A stretch of 64,000 bases of DNA, taken from positions 768,001 to 832,000 of the forward strand of contig OY843584.1 in the NCBI GenBank assembly GCA_963692915.1, written 5' to 3'. The notes under the pieces were generated by a model. The model did not search any database. It was not told where the DNA came from and worked only from the letters and a program-made list of their open reading frames with translations. A program made the translations under genes and the position numbers. Positions 9,665-19,707 of the stretch are shown here, one piece after another (positions within the stretch are counted from its first letter, which is position 1; each line of letters starts with the position of its first letter). This stretch comes from Cenarchaeum sp. Lineage in GTDB: Archaea > Thermoproteota > Nitrososphaeria > Nitrososphaerales > Nitrosopumilaceae.

Positions 9665-10609
9665 ATGCACGGGGTTTTGATCCCAAAGTCGATAAAGTTT
9701 GGCGAGGGCGCACTAGGGCAGGCAGACTACCCAAGGGGGGCGCTCATCGTAACGACTGCACCGCCAGAGATGTCAAGCAGGTGGATATCAAAGATGGGAA
9801 TACAGGACTATTCGCTTTTTGACAAGGTCACCCCCGAGCCGTCAATCGACGACGTAAAGTCAGTGATCGCCGAGTACTCTGAAAAGAGGCCGTCTGTCCT
9901 CATCGGACTCGGCGGCGGGAGCTCGCTCGATGTCGTCAAGTACGCGAGCAAGGAGATGGGCCTGCCAAAGATACTCATACCCACAACGTTTGGAACCGGT
10001 GCTGAGATGACCACGTATTGCGTCCTAAAGTTTGACGGCAAGAAAAAGCTCCTTCGGGATGACGCGTTCCTGGCCGACATGGCAGTAATAGACTCGTACT
10101 TTATGGACGGCACGCCAGAGCAGATAATAAACAATTCCGTGTGTGACGCGTGCGCACAGGCGACTGAGGGCTATGACAGCAAGCTTGGAAACGAGTTTAC
10201 GAGAATGTTTTGCGAAAAGGCATTTGACATACTGTATGGCGCGATAATGGAGAACAGGCGTGAGGACTATCCATACGGCTCGATGCTCTCTGGAATCGGC
10301 TTTGGCAACTGTTCTACGACACTAGGTCATGCACTCTCGTACGTGTTCTCAAACGAGGGTGTCCCACACGGATACTCGCTTTCGTCATGCACCACAGTGG
10401 CGCACAAGCACAACAAGTCAAAGTTCTATGGGCGTTTCAAGGAGGTCGTCGAGAAGCTCGGCTTTGACAAACTAGACCTAAAGGCCGACGTTTCAGAGGC
10501 AGCCGACACCGTAATGACTGATAGGGGTCATCTCGACCCGAATCCTGTCCCAATATCAAAGGATGACGTGATAAGATGCCTCGAGGACATAAAGGCAGGC
10601 AGCATCTAG
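9665..10609 (+). CDS. Fe-containing alcohol dehydrogenase family; probable malonic semialdehyde reductase (3HP/4HB cycle)
   Basis: GLGGGSSLD, IPTTFGTGAEMT, LGHALSY and PHG motifs. Closely resembles the recalled N. maritimus malonic semialdehyde reductase. ATG at 9665. Confidence 0.85.
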   Translation: MHGVLIPKSIKFGEGALGQADYPRGALIVTTAPPEMSSRWISKMGIQDYSLFDKVTPEPSIDDVKSVIAEYSEKRPSVLIGLGGGSSLDVVKYASKEMGLPKILIPTTFGTGAEMTTYCVLKFDGKKKLLRDDAFLADMAVIDSYFMDGTPEQIINNSVCDACAQATEGYDSKLGNEFTRMFCEKAFDILYGAIMENRREDYPYGSMLSGIGFGNCSTTLGHALSYVFSNEGVPHGYSLSSCTTVAHKHNKSKFYGRFKEVVEKLGFDKLDLKADVSEAADTVMTDRGHLDPNPVPISKDDVIRCLEDIKAGSI

Positions 10610-10697
10610 CATTCAGTGCCGTGCCCTGCGAGTGGCCACATCTCGCGCGTGAAAAGCCAACTAGACTTATTTACCGCCGATATGGGAGCGTGCCACG

Positions 10698-11807
10698 TTG
10701 GCAAAGCTAAAGTTTGGCATACAGAACGGCCTAAACGTCGCGCGTGCCGGATATTCAGAAGATCAGATATTCACCGCATGCATACTTGCCGACAGGGTTG
10801 GATACGACTCGATATGGTACATGGACCACACCAACGTGCCACAATGGTCAAACGCTGTCGTCCTGGATCCATGGGTCATGCTCCCTGCCATAGCCGCACA
10901 GACGCGCAATGTCGAGCTTGGCACATGCGTGACTGATGCGATAAGGCGCCACCCGTCAAATATCGCGCTTGCGACAATAACGCTTGACCGCATATCCAAT
11001 GGACGCGGCGTGCTCGGAATTGGGGCAGGAGAGGCCCAGAACCTCAAGGAGTTTTGCATACCGTTTGAAAAGCCCGTCTCAAAGTGGGAGGAGCAGATAC
11101 AGGTCATACGCAAGCTCTTCGAGTCATCACCAGAGAACCGCGTGAGCTATGATGGCAAGTACTACAAGCTAGAAGAAGCATGCCTCCAGGCCGCGCCAAT
11201 AACAAAGCCGCACCCTCCAATATACATGGCAGCCGGCGGGCAGCGCACGCTGAGAATGTGCGGCAAGTATGGCGACGGCTGGCTTCCGATAGGGTACACG
11301 CCGGAGCTCTTTGCAGACCATGCGGGCGTGATCAAAAAGTCAATTGTCGACAATGGGCGTGATGGCGAGAACTTTCAATTTGCGCTTGACATTGACGTGT
11401 ACTTTTCAGATGACGCCGAGGCGTCATGGGCAAAGATGAAGGAGGCAATAAAGGTGAGTCTCTTCAAGCCCGAGATACTTCGCGTTCACAACATAAAGGG
11501 CGTCGAGGGATTTGACTTTAAAAAATACTTTACCGAGTATTCGATGTCAAACCAGGAATGGATTGTAAAAATGCGCGAAGCCGCAACAAACATTCCCGAC
11601 AATATTGCACGCTCGTCAGTTGCAGTCGGCACGCCTGAGGACATCATACCCGTGTTTGAAAAATTCATAAAAGCTGGAGTCAACCACTTTGTCATACGGT
11701 TCTGGGGCTCCAACTATTTCGGCAGCATTGACAAGTTTGCAAGCTCTGTAATGCCGTACCTGCACGAAACCTCCGAATCAAGCAGGACATTCTTTAGGGG
11801 AATCTGA
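10698..11807 (+). CDS. LLM-class (luciferase-like, probably F420-dependent) oxidoreductase
   Basis: GYDSIWYMDH, DPWVML, RHPSNIA, LGIGAGE and YGDGWLP motifs. TTG start. Confidence 0.88.
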   Translation: MAKLKFGIQNGLNVARAGYSEDQIFTACILADRVGYDSIWYMDHTNVPQWSNAVVLDPWVMLPAIAAQTRNVELGTCVTDAIRRHPSNIALATITLDRISNGRGVLGIGAGEAQNLKEFCIPFEKPVSKWEEQIQVIRKLFESSPENRVSYDGKYYKLEEACLQAAPITKPHPPIYMAAGGQRTLRMCGKYGDGWLPIGYTPELFADHAGVIKKSIVDNGRDGENFQFALDIDVYFSDDAEASWAKMKEAIKVSLFKPEILRVHNIKGVEGFDFKKYFTEYSMSNQEWIVKMREAATNIPDNIARSSVAVGTPEDIIPVFEKFIKAGVNHFVIRFWGSNYFGSIDKFASSVMPYLHETSESSRTFFRGI

Positions 11808-11809
11808 CC

Positions 11810-12442
11810 GTGCAGCTTCTCGGGCGCCTCGAGATAAAGAGCGCCCGCAAGATTGCAGAGTTTTTGGGCATAGAGCACACAGGACGTCTGGCCACAGTTG
11901 ATGATAACGGCCACCCGCAGGTCATACCGATGAACTTTGTGCTGCTTGACGGCTCGATATACATGCATTCGCACACAAGGGGCGAAAAGCTCGACAATAT
12001 CAGGCACGATGCGCGCGTGGGCTTTGAGGTGGATCGCGAGTATGCGTTTCTGCCCTCGTACTTTGAGGACGAGCATGACGCCTCGCTTGCCGACACGCTA
12101 TATGCAAGCGTGGTCATAAAGGGGACAGCCTCTATAGTCGAGGACGAGTGCGAAAAGTGCGGTGCGCTCAATGCGCTCATGGCAAAGTACCAGCCCGAGG
12201 GTCGCTATGATCGAGTCGAGCCCGGGGACGACGTCCTGCGCGCAGTCGCCGTGATAAGGGTGACTCCCTCGTCGATGCGCGGCAAGTACAAGATTGGCCA
12301 AAACCTCAAGGCCACCGAGCGCACCGAGCTTGCGCGCAAGATCCTAGAGCGCGGCGGTCCGGGCGCCCACGAAACGCTGCGCGTCATGGGCTTTGAGGTT
12401 CGCGACGGCAGGGCGCACATGGTAGAGGAACCCGAGTGGTAG
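11810..12442 (+). CDS. Pyridoxamine 5'-phosphate oxidase-like flavin-binding protein
   Basis: GRLATVD..PQVIPMNFV..IYMHS..GEKLDNI..VGFEVD..YASVVIKG split-barrel pattern. Confidence 0.85.
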   Translation: MQLLGRLEIKSARKIAEFLGIEHTGRLATVDDNGHPQVIPMNFVLLDGSIYMHSHTRGEKLDNIRHDARVGFEVDREYAFLPSYFEDEHDASLADTLYASVVIKGTASIVEDECEKCGALNALMAKYQPEGRYDRVEPGDDVLRAVAVIRVTPSSMRGKYKIGQNLKATERTELARKILERGGPGAHETLRVMGFEVRDGRAHMVEEPEW

Positions 12443-12507
12443 ACTGCCCACAGGGGTCGGGGCGTGCGCCACGGTTTAAATCATGATTTGTGTGCGACCC
12501 CGTAGAG

Positions 12508-14463
12508 TTGCAGCGACAGGCACAGTCCATCGAGATCTCCTCAACATTTGAGCCTGCAGGAGACCAGCCCGAGGCCATAGAGGAGCTTGCGCGCGGTGTG
12601 CGCGAGGGACGGTCCGCGCAGACGCTCCTAGGCGTGACTGGCAGCGGCAAGACGTTCACTATAGCCAACGTCATTGCACAGTCCGGACGCAGTGCGCTAG
12701 TCGTCTCGCACAACAAGACGCTCGCCGCGCAGCTTTATGCGGAACTAAAACAGTTCTTTCCAAAGAGCAATGTCGGGTATTTCATATCATACTATGACTA
12801 TTACCAGCCCGAGAGCTATATTCCGCAGACTGACACGTACATTGAAAAGGACACGCAGGTGAACGAAAAGATCGAAAAGATGCGCCTCGAGGCCACTGCG
12901 ATGCTGCTCTCAGGCGAGCCGACCATAATCGTCGCAACAGTCTCGTGCATATACTCGCTGGGCAATCCGTCTGACTGGAAGGACATGTCGATACACCTTG
13001 CCACAGGAGACGAGCCCGGTCGGAAGGAGCTAGTGCGAAGGCTCATTGCGGCAAGATATGAGCGCAACGACACAGAACTTGCGCCTGGGCGATTTCGCGT
13101 AAAGGGAGACACTGTGGATGTGATACCCGCATATTCAGCAGACATTGTCAGGATGTCACTCTTTGGGGACGAGGTCGAGTCGATCACGCTGCGCGACCCC
13201 GTCTCACTTGACCAAAAGCGCAGTCTCGACTCGATTCGCATATTTCCCGCAAAACACTACCTTATCGCCGAGGACGTGCGCGAACGAGCAATACGCGACA
13301 TTCGCTCAGAGCTGGCCACGCGCCTGCCAGAGCTTGCAGAGCTCGAGAGGCAGCGCCTAGAGATGCGCACAAAGTATGACCTAGAGATGATCGAGGAGCT
13401 TGGATACTGCTCGGGAATAGAGAACTATTCACGCCACTTTGACGGAAGAAAGGCCGGCGAGCAGGCGTTTTGCCTGATGGACTTTTTTGGGCCGGGGTTT
13501 TTGCTCGTTATAGACGAGTCCCACGTCACGCTGCCGCAGCTCCACGGCATGGCAGCAGGCGACCGGTCACGCAAGGATCAGCTAGTAAAGTACGGGTTTA
13601 GGCTGCCAAGCGCGTATGACAACCGCCCGCTAGTCTTTGACGAGTTTGAAAAGTACATGAAGGACACGATATTCGTCTCAGCAACGCCAGGCGAGTACGA
13701 ACGCGGGCGCTCGGCGCGCATTGTGGAGCAGCTTGTGCGCCCGACTGGCCTGCTGGATCCCACCGTCGAGGTTCGCAAGACAGCTGGCCAGATGGACGAT
13801 CTCGTTGCCGAGATACGCGCGCGCACAGGGGCCGGCGAGCGCACGCTTGTCACCACGCTCACAAAGCGCATGGCCGAGGATCTCGCCGAGTATCTCTCAA
13901 AGGAGCAGGTCAAGGTACGCTATATGCACTCGGAGATCGAGGGTCTCCAGAGGACAGAGCTCATACGACAGCTTCGCATGGGCGAGTTTGACGTCCTAGT
14001 CGGCATAAACCTCCTGCGCGAGGGTCTTGACATACCCGAAGTCTCCCTCGTGGCGATAATGGATGCCGACAAGGAGGGGTTTTTGCGCAACGTGACTAGC
14101 CTGATACAGACGTTTGGCCGTGCCGCGCGCAACACCTCGGGTGCTGTCATCATGTATGCAGACCGCATGACGCGCTCGATGAACGAGGCTATCGCCGAGA
14201 CGAACCGCAGGAGGGAGAGGCAGGCCGAGCACAACAGGAAACATGGAATAGTCCCGCAGACAATAGTAAAGGCCGTGCCCGAACAGGCCGCATCGCTTGA
14301 TGACACCAAACATCGATCGGTACATGATCTGGCCACCGAGGTTATCAAGCTCGAGGCGCGCATGAAGGAGTGCGCCACAGATCTTGACTTTGAGGGCGCG
14401 ATCGAGTGTCGTGAACGCATAAAGGCCATACAAAAGGAGGTCGAGAGAAAGGATGGCGCATGA
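12508..14463 (+). CDS. uvrB: Excinuclease ABC subunit B
   Basis: GDQPEAI, GVTGSGKT, YYDYYQPE, DESH, INLLREGLD and C-terminal UVR helix. Start is TTG 12508 or GTG 12490. Confidence 0.97.
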   Translation: MQRQAQSIEISSTFEPAGDQPEAIEELARGVREGRSAQTLLGVTGSGKTFTIANVIAQSGRSALVVSHNKTLAAQLYAELKQFFPKSNVGYFISYYDYYQPESYIPQTDTYIEKDTQVNEKIEKMRLEATAMLLSGEPTIIVATVSCIYSLGNPSDWKDMSIHLATGDEPGRKELVRRLIAARYERNDTELAPGRFRVKGDTVDVIPAYSADIVRMSLFGDEVESITLRDPVSLDQKRSLDSIRIFPAKHYLIAEDVRERAIRDIRSELATRLPELAELERQRLEMRTKYDLEMIEELGYCSGIENYSRHFDGRKAGEQAFCLMDFFGPGFLLVIDESHVTLPQLHGMAAGDRSRKDQLVKYGFRLPSAYDNRPLVFDEFEKYMKDTIFVSATPGEYERGRSARIVEQLVRPTGLLDPTVEVRKTAGQMDDLVAEIRARTGAGERTLVTTLTKRMAEDLAEYLSKEQVKVRYMHSEIEGLQRTELIRQLRMGEFDVLVGINLLREGLDIPEVSLVAIMDADKEGFLRNVTSLIQTFGRAARNTSGAVIMYADRMTRSMNEAIAETNRRRERQAEHNRKHGIVPQTIVKAVPEQAASLDDTKHRSVHDLATEVIKLEARMKECATDLDFEGAIECRERIKAIQKEVERKDGA

Positions 14464-17269
14464 CATGCTGCGCGTGCGCGGCGCACGCCATCACAACCTA
14501 AAGAACGTCAGCGTCGACATACCAAAGGGCAGGCTCGTCGTCATAAGCGGCCTGTCCGGCTCTGGCAAGTCAACGCTCGCATTTGACACGATATACGCCG
14601 AGGGCCAGCGCCGCTATGTCGAGTCGCTCTCCGCATATGCGCGGCAGTTCCTCGAGATGATGGACAAGCCTGACGTTGACTCTATAGAGGGTCTGTCACC
14701 GGCAATATCAATACAGCAAAAGACGACGAGCAAGAACCCGCGCTCCACTGTTGGCACGACGACAGAGATATACGACTATTTGCGCCTCCTCTACGCTAGG
14801 ATTGGCGAGCCGCACTGCTCCGAGTGCGGCAGGCCCATAACAACACAGTCAGCTGACACCATATGTGACACGGTTCTCGGCGAGTTTGCCTCAAAAAAGA
14901 CCATAGTCCTCGCGCCGCTCGTGCGGCGCAAAAAAGGCACGCATGAAAAGGTCTTCGCGCAGGCCCGTCGTGACGGCTATTCGCGCGTGCGCGTCGACGG
15001 CGAGGTCATGAGCCTTGATGATGAGATCAAGGCGCTTGACCGCCAAAAGTGGCACAACATCGAGATAGTCGTTGACCGCCTAGTCGCCTCACCGCAGGAG
15101 CGCTCGCGCCTCTTTGAGGCCATACAGGCTGCACTAAAGGCATCCCGCGGATACGTCATTGTGTCAGCCACGCCCGGCGGAGAGCGCGTGTTCTCGCAGA
15201 GCAACGCGTGTGCCCACTGTGGGACGAGCATTGGCGAGCTCGAACCGCGCACGTTCTCGTTCAACTCGCCCTTTGGAATGTGCCCCAAGTGCAACGGCCT
15301 AGGCGTAAAGATGGAGTTTGATGCCGACCTTGTCATGCCAGACAGAACCCTCTCGCTGCTAGACGGCGCAATAGTGCCATGGCGCGGCAGGGCATCACCG
15401 TTCAAAAAGCAGGCCCTGCGCGCAGTCGGGAAAAAGTTTGGCTTTGACCTCATGACTCCCGTCTCACGCCTCACAAAGGCCCAGCTTCGAATCATACTCC
15501 ACGGGACAGACGACGAGCTAAAGTTTCGCTACACAACAGGGGCTGGAGACACATGGACGTACACTGACACGTTTGAGGGGGTTCTGCCACAGCTCCAGAG
15601 AAGATTCCACGAGACAGAGTCTGACGCAAAGCGCGACTGGCTAAAGCAGTTTATGCGTGACACTCCATGCAGCGCGTGTAACGGCAAAAAGCTCCGACCC
15701 GAAGCCCTTGCAGTAAAGGTCGGCAAGAGAGGCATAATGGACGTGTGTGACATGCCAATAGACGAATGCCACAAGTTCTTTACGGGGTTGCGCCTCGGCA
15801 AGACTGCGCGCCACATTGCGACTGGCGTCCTAAAGGAGATAGTCGAGCGCATAGAGTTTTTGCGCAATGTCGGGCTAGACTATCTAACGTTAAACCGCCT
15901 AAGCTCGACGCTCTCTGGAGGAGAGTCGCAGAGGATACGCCTCGCAACGCAGATAGGCTCAAACCTGACCGGTGTCCTCTATGTGCTCGACGAGCCGACG
16001 ATCGGGCTCCACAACCGCGACAATGACAGGCTGATGCGCACGCTGACACGCCTGCGCGACCTTGGAAACACGGTCATAGTAGTCGAGCATGATGAGGACA
16101 TGATACGCGGCTCGGACTGGATAATAGACCTCGGGCCGGGTGCTGGAGCACATGGCGGCAGCGTCGTCTTTGAGGGCACGCTAGCGCAGATGCTCAACGG
16201 CAAGGCCTCAGTCACCGGCCGCTACCTAAAGGACCCGACGCTCATACGCCTCGACCGGCACGGGCACAAGAGGCGTGGCACGCTCACCGTTGCCGGCGCC
16301 GCCGAGAACAACCTGTGCGGCATCGACGTCGAGTTTCCGCTCGGGCTCCTCGTTGCAGTGACTGGCGTGTCGGGATCAGGCAAGTCCACCCTGGTCAACG
16401 ACATACTCTTGAGGGCGCTAAACGAGCAGATATACTCCTCGCGCGATAGACCCGGCAAGCACAAGGCAATCCGCGGCACAAACCTAGTAGACAAGGTCAT
16501 CGCCATAGACCAGTCGCCCATAGGACGCACACCTCGCTCAAATCCGGCAACGTACATTGGCGCATTTACGCCCATACGCGAGCTCTTTGCGTCAACAGAG
16601 CTCTCGCGTGAGCGCGGCTATATGCCCGGACAGTTCTCCTTTAACGTAGCGACGGGGCGCTGCTTTGCGTGCGAGGGCGATGGCGTCAAGCTCATAGAGA
16701 TGCAGTTCCTCTCAGACGTGCACGTAAAGTGTGACGAGTGCCGTGGCGCACGCTATAACTCTGAAACGCTTTCTGTGCTCTACAAGGGCAAGAACATTGC
16801 CGACGTTTTGGCAATGACAGTTGATGAGGCCCTCGAGTTCTTTGGCAACGTGCCGACCATACGGCGCAAGCTGCAGACGATTCATGACGTCGGCCTCGGC
16901 TACATACACCTTGGCCAGTCATCAACGACTCTGTCAGGCGGCGAGGCCCAGCGCGTAAAGCTCGCATCCGAGCTCTCAAAGCGCCCCACGGGCCGCACGC
17001 TCTACATACTTGACGAGCCTACCACGGGGCTCCATTTTGCCGACGTCGAGAGGCTCCTTGCAATACTTGACAGGCTTGCGCGAGGCGGCAACACGGTAAT
17101 AGTCATAGAGCACAATATGGATGTGATAAAGAATTCTGACTGGATAATAGACCTCGGGCCAGAAGGCGGCAACAAGGGCGGAAAGGTAGTCGCCCAGGGA
17201 GAGCCGTCAAAGATTGCCACTGGTGCAGGCCACACCGCGCGCTATCTTGCGCGCCATATGGGACAATGA
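14453..17269 (+). CDS. uvrA: Excinuclease ABC subunit A
   Basis: Two ABC cassettes (GLSGSGKS, GVSGSGKS, LSGGE twice) and Zn fingers. Confidence 0.97.
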   Translation: MAHDMLRVRGARHHNLKNVSVDIPKGRLVVISGLSGSGKSTLAFDTIYAEGQRRYVESLSAYARQFLEMMDKPDVDSIEGLSPAISIQQKTTSKNPRSTVGTTTEIYDYLRLLYARIGEPHCSECGRPITTQSADTICDTVLGEFASKKTIVLAPLVRRKKGTHEKVFAQARRDGYSRVRVDGEVMSLDDEIKALDRQKWHNIEIVVDRLVASPQERSRLFEAIQAALKASRGYVIVSATPGGERVFSQSNACAHCGTSIGELEPRTFSFNSPFGMCPKCNGLGVKMEFDADLVMPDRTLSLLDGAIVPWRGRASPFKKQALRAVGKKFGFDLMTPVSRLTKAQLRIILHGTDDELKFRYTTGAGDTWTYTDTFEGVLPQLQRRFHETESDAKRDWLKQFMRDTPCSACNGKKLRPEALAVKVGKRGIMDVCDMPIDECHKFFTGLRLGKTARHIATGVLKEIVERIEFLRNVGLDYLTLNRLSSTLSGGESQRIRLATQIGSNLTGVLYVLDEPTIGLHNRDNDRLMRTLTRLRDLGNTVIVVEHDEDMIRGSDWIIDLGPGAGAHGGSVVFEGTLAQMLNGKASVTGRYLKDPTLIRLDRHGHKRRGTLTVAGAAENNLCGIDVEFPLGLLVAVTGVSGSGKSTLVNDILLRALNEQIYSSRDRPGKHKAIRGTNLVDKVIAIDQSPIGRTPRSNPATYIGAFTPIRELFASTELSRERGYMPGQFSFNVATGRCFACEGDGVKLIEMQFLSDVHVKCDECRGARYNSETLSVLYKGKNIADVLAMTVDEALEFFGNVPTIRRKLQTIHDVGLGYIHLGQSSTTLSGGEAQRVKLASELSKRPTGRTLYILDEPTTGLHFADVERLLAILDRLARGGNTVIVIEHNMDVIKNSDWIIDLGPEGGNKGGKVVAQGEPSKIATGAGHTARYLARHMGQ

Positions 17270-18876
17270 CAATAGACGCCAGGGCAGCCGGAGCGCCAGA
17301 CGGTCCTGGCGTGTATATCATGCACGATGCAGATGACACTGTGATCTATATCGGCAAGGCAAAGAACCTCAAGAACCGCGTCTCATCATACTTTGTGGGA
17401 GCACATGACACAAAGACAGAGCACCTCATCGAAAAGGTCACCAAGATAGAGTATGTCCTTACGTCCAGTGACATTGAGGCGTTTCTCCTAGAGTCCAATT
17501 TTATAAAGCGATACAGGCCACAGTACAACATTGAGCTAAAGGACCAGCAGCGATACACGTATTTGCGCATAACTGACGAAAAGTATCCTCGCCTGGCCGT
17601 CACTCGGCGCACGCGCAAGGGCGACTTTGTCGGAAAGGGTCGTGTGTACGGGCCGTTCGCGCGCGGAAGCTCCAAGGTTCTCACGATAGGCTCGCTGCGA
17701 AAGGCCTTCAAGGTGCGCATATGCAAGACACTGCCAAAGAGGGCATGCCTAGAGTACCACCTTGGAAACTGTGATGCGCCATGTGAGTTTGAGGATGCGC
17801 GACGCGAGTATGCGGGCCACATGGACGACCTAAAGGCCGTCCTTCGTGGCGGCGATGCTGCACGAAAGTTTGCCACACGCCTGCGCTCCGAGATGGAGGA
17901 GGCATCAGCATCACTCCAGTTCGAGCGCGCGATCGGCATACGCGACACGCTAGAGCGCCTCGGGGCACTCCACGAGGGCCAGAACGTCGAGCGTCCCGCA
18001 ACCACGCCTGATGAGGACTATGTCGGGGTGCGCACGGACGACTCTGGCCAGACGGCCCTGGTCATGACGATGAGGGGGGTTCGCGGCGTCATACGCGACA
18101 CAGAAAGGTTTGAGTTTGACCTTGTGGCAGACAACACGCTGGCAAGCTTTGTCTACCAGTACTATACGACGCGCGAGGTTCCGCGCTATATCGTCACAAG
18201 CGAGGAGCCAGAGGACGCCAGGACGCTAGAGGCCGCATTAGGCGAGGCGTGTGGCCATGACGTCTCTGTCGTCGTGCCCAAGAGCGGCAAGAGGCGCAAT
18301 GTCATCGACATGATACTTCGAAGCCTCGATGTGGTGCGCACTGCACACCTCGCTCCAGGCCTCGCCGAGCTGCGTGATGCGCTGGGCATGGCACGCGCGC
18401 CGCGCACGATAGAGTGCTTTGACATATCAAACCACGGTGATGACTATGCCGTCGGCGCAATGTCACGCCTAGTTGACGGCGAGCCTGACAGGTCAGGGTA
18501 CAGGAACTTTCGCATAAAGACTGTCAGTGGACGCGACGACTATGCGATGATAGCCGAGGTCGTTCGCAGGCGTTACTCGCGCCTGGCCGACGAAGGTGCC
18601 GCAATGCCTGACCTTGTGCTCATCGACGGCGGAAAGGGGCAGCTCGGCGCCGCACTTGGCGCCTTGGAGGACGTTGGCGTGAGCCTCACGTGCGCATCGA
18701 TCGCAAAGCGCGAAGAGGAGGTGTTTGTCCCCGGTTCGGAGACGCCGCTGCGCCTTGACAGACGGGGCGCTGCGCTCCACACGCTCCAGCGCGCGCGCGA
18801 CGAGGCGCACAGGATCGGCGTGAGGCACAACCGTAGGTTGCGCGCGCCTAGGACCGCACGACGCGGTCGCGCCTGA
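17266..18876 (+). CDS. uvrC: Excinuclease ABC subunit C (no C-terminal HhH)
   Basis: GIY-YIG PGVY..IYIGKAKNL, ECFDISN, DDYAM, PDLVLIDGGKGQL and RDEAHR. Confidence 0.95.
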   Translation: MTIDARAAGAPDGPGVYIMHDADDTVIYIGKAKNLKNRVSSYFVGAHDTKTEHLIEKVTKIEYVLTSSDIEAFLLESNFIKRYRPQYNIELKDQQRYTYLRITDEKYPRLAVTRRTRKGDFVGKGRVYGPFARGSSKVLTIGSLRKAFKVRICKTLPKRACLEYHLGNCDAPCEFEDARREYAGHMDDLKAVLRGGDAARKFATRLRSEMEEASASLQFERAIGIRDTLERLGALHEGQNVERPATTPDEDYVGVRTDDSGQTALVMTMRGVRGVIRDTERFEFDLVADNTLASFVYQYYTTREVPRYIVTSEEPEDARTLEAALGEACGHDVSVVVPKSGKRRNVIDMILRSLDVVRTAHLAPGLAELRDALGMARAPRTIECFDISNHGDDYAVGAMSRLVDGEPDRSGYRNFRIKTVSGRDDYAMIAEVVRRRYSRLADEGAAMPDLVLIDGGKGQLGAALGALEDVGVSLTCASIAKREEEVFVPGSETPLRLDRRGAALHTLQRARDEAHRIGVRHNRRLRAPRTARRGRA

Positions 18877-19462
18877 GGCGAACCCTCCCGTCGGCGACCA
18901 TCGAGGCGGCCTCGACGTACGCGCGGTGCTCCTGCGCGAGTATCCTAGCAGACAAGGTGCCCTCGGTGTCACCGTCGAGCACGTGCACTGCGCGCTGTGT
19001 GATTATCGGCCCCGTGTCGACTCCACCGTCAACAAAGTGGACAGTGCATCCCGTGACGCGCGCACCGCGCTGGAGTGCCTGGCGCTGTGCCCCAAGGCCA
19101 GGAAACGACGGTAGTAGTGCAGGATGGACGTTGAGAAGGCGTCCCCTGTATGCGGCGACGAGCTCGGGGCCGACTATGCGCATAAACCCCGCAAGGCATA
19201 CGAGTCCGGTTTGCGGCGTGACGCCGTGGCGCCTCAGCGCAGATGCCACAAGTCGATCATACTCGAGCCGGCTGCCAGAAAACCCCGCACTCGGCACAGT
19301 CTCAGTCATCACGCCCATCTTGCGCGCCACCTCAAGCCCGCGTGCGTCCTCCCTGCTCGATATGACGACGCGCGGCTCGGCGCGTATGCGGCCAGACCTT
19401 GCTGCCCGAAGGAGTGAGGCCATATTGCTGCCCCTCCCCGATATGAGCACGGCAAGCCGCAT
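18848..19462 (-). CDS. purN: Phosphoribosylglycinamide formyltransferase
   Basis: ISGRGSN, LAGFMRI, NVHPALLPSFPG, GCTVHFV and DTGPII motifs. Confidence 0.95.
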   Translation of the reverse strand: MRLAVLISGRGSNMASLLRAARSGRIRAEPRVVISSREDARGLEVARKMGVMTETVPSAGFSGSRLEYDRLVASALRRHGVTPQTGLVCLAGFMRIVGPELVAAYRGRLLNVHPALLPSFPGLGAQRQALQRGARVTGCTVHFVDGGVDTGPIITQRAVHVLDGDTEGTLSARILAQEHRAYVEAASMVADGRVRLRRDRVVRS

Positions 19463-19707
19463 GAGCCGGCGCGGCGGCGATGCCATGCCCTATGCCACCC
19501 GCCCCGCACGCGCTGCGCGCGAGGCGGCCACCGGCCATCCATGGTGCCCCTGACCCATGGCCGGATGCGGCCGCATGGCAGCATATAACCCTCATTGGGC
19601 GCCGCACGCGATCCCTGCCGCACGGCTGGGTCTATATGCCGCACACAACAGGTCAGCTGCGCGTCAATGGTGGAGTTTATAGCAAATCCACATGGCATGA
19701 TCGCCTG

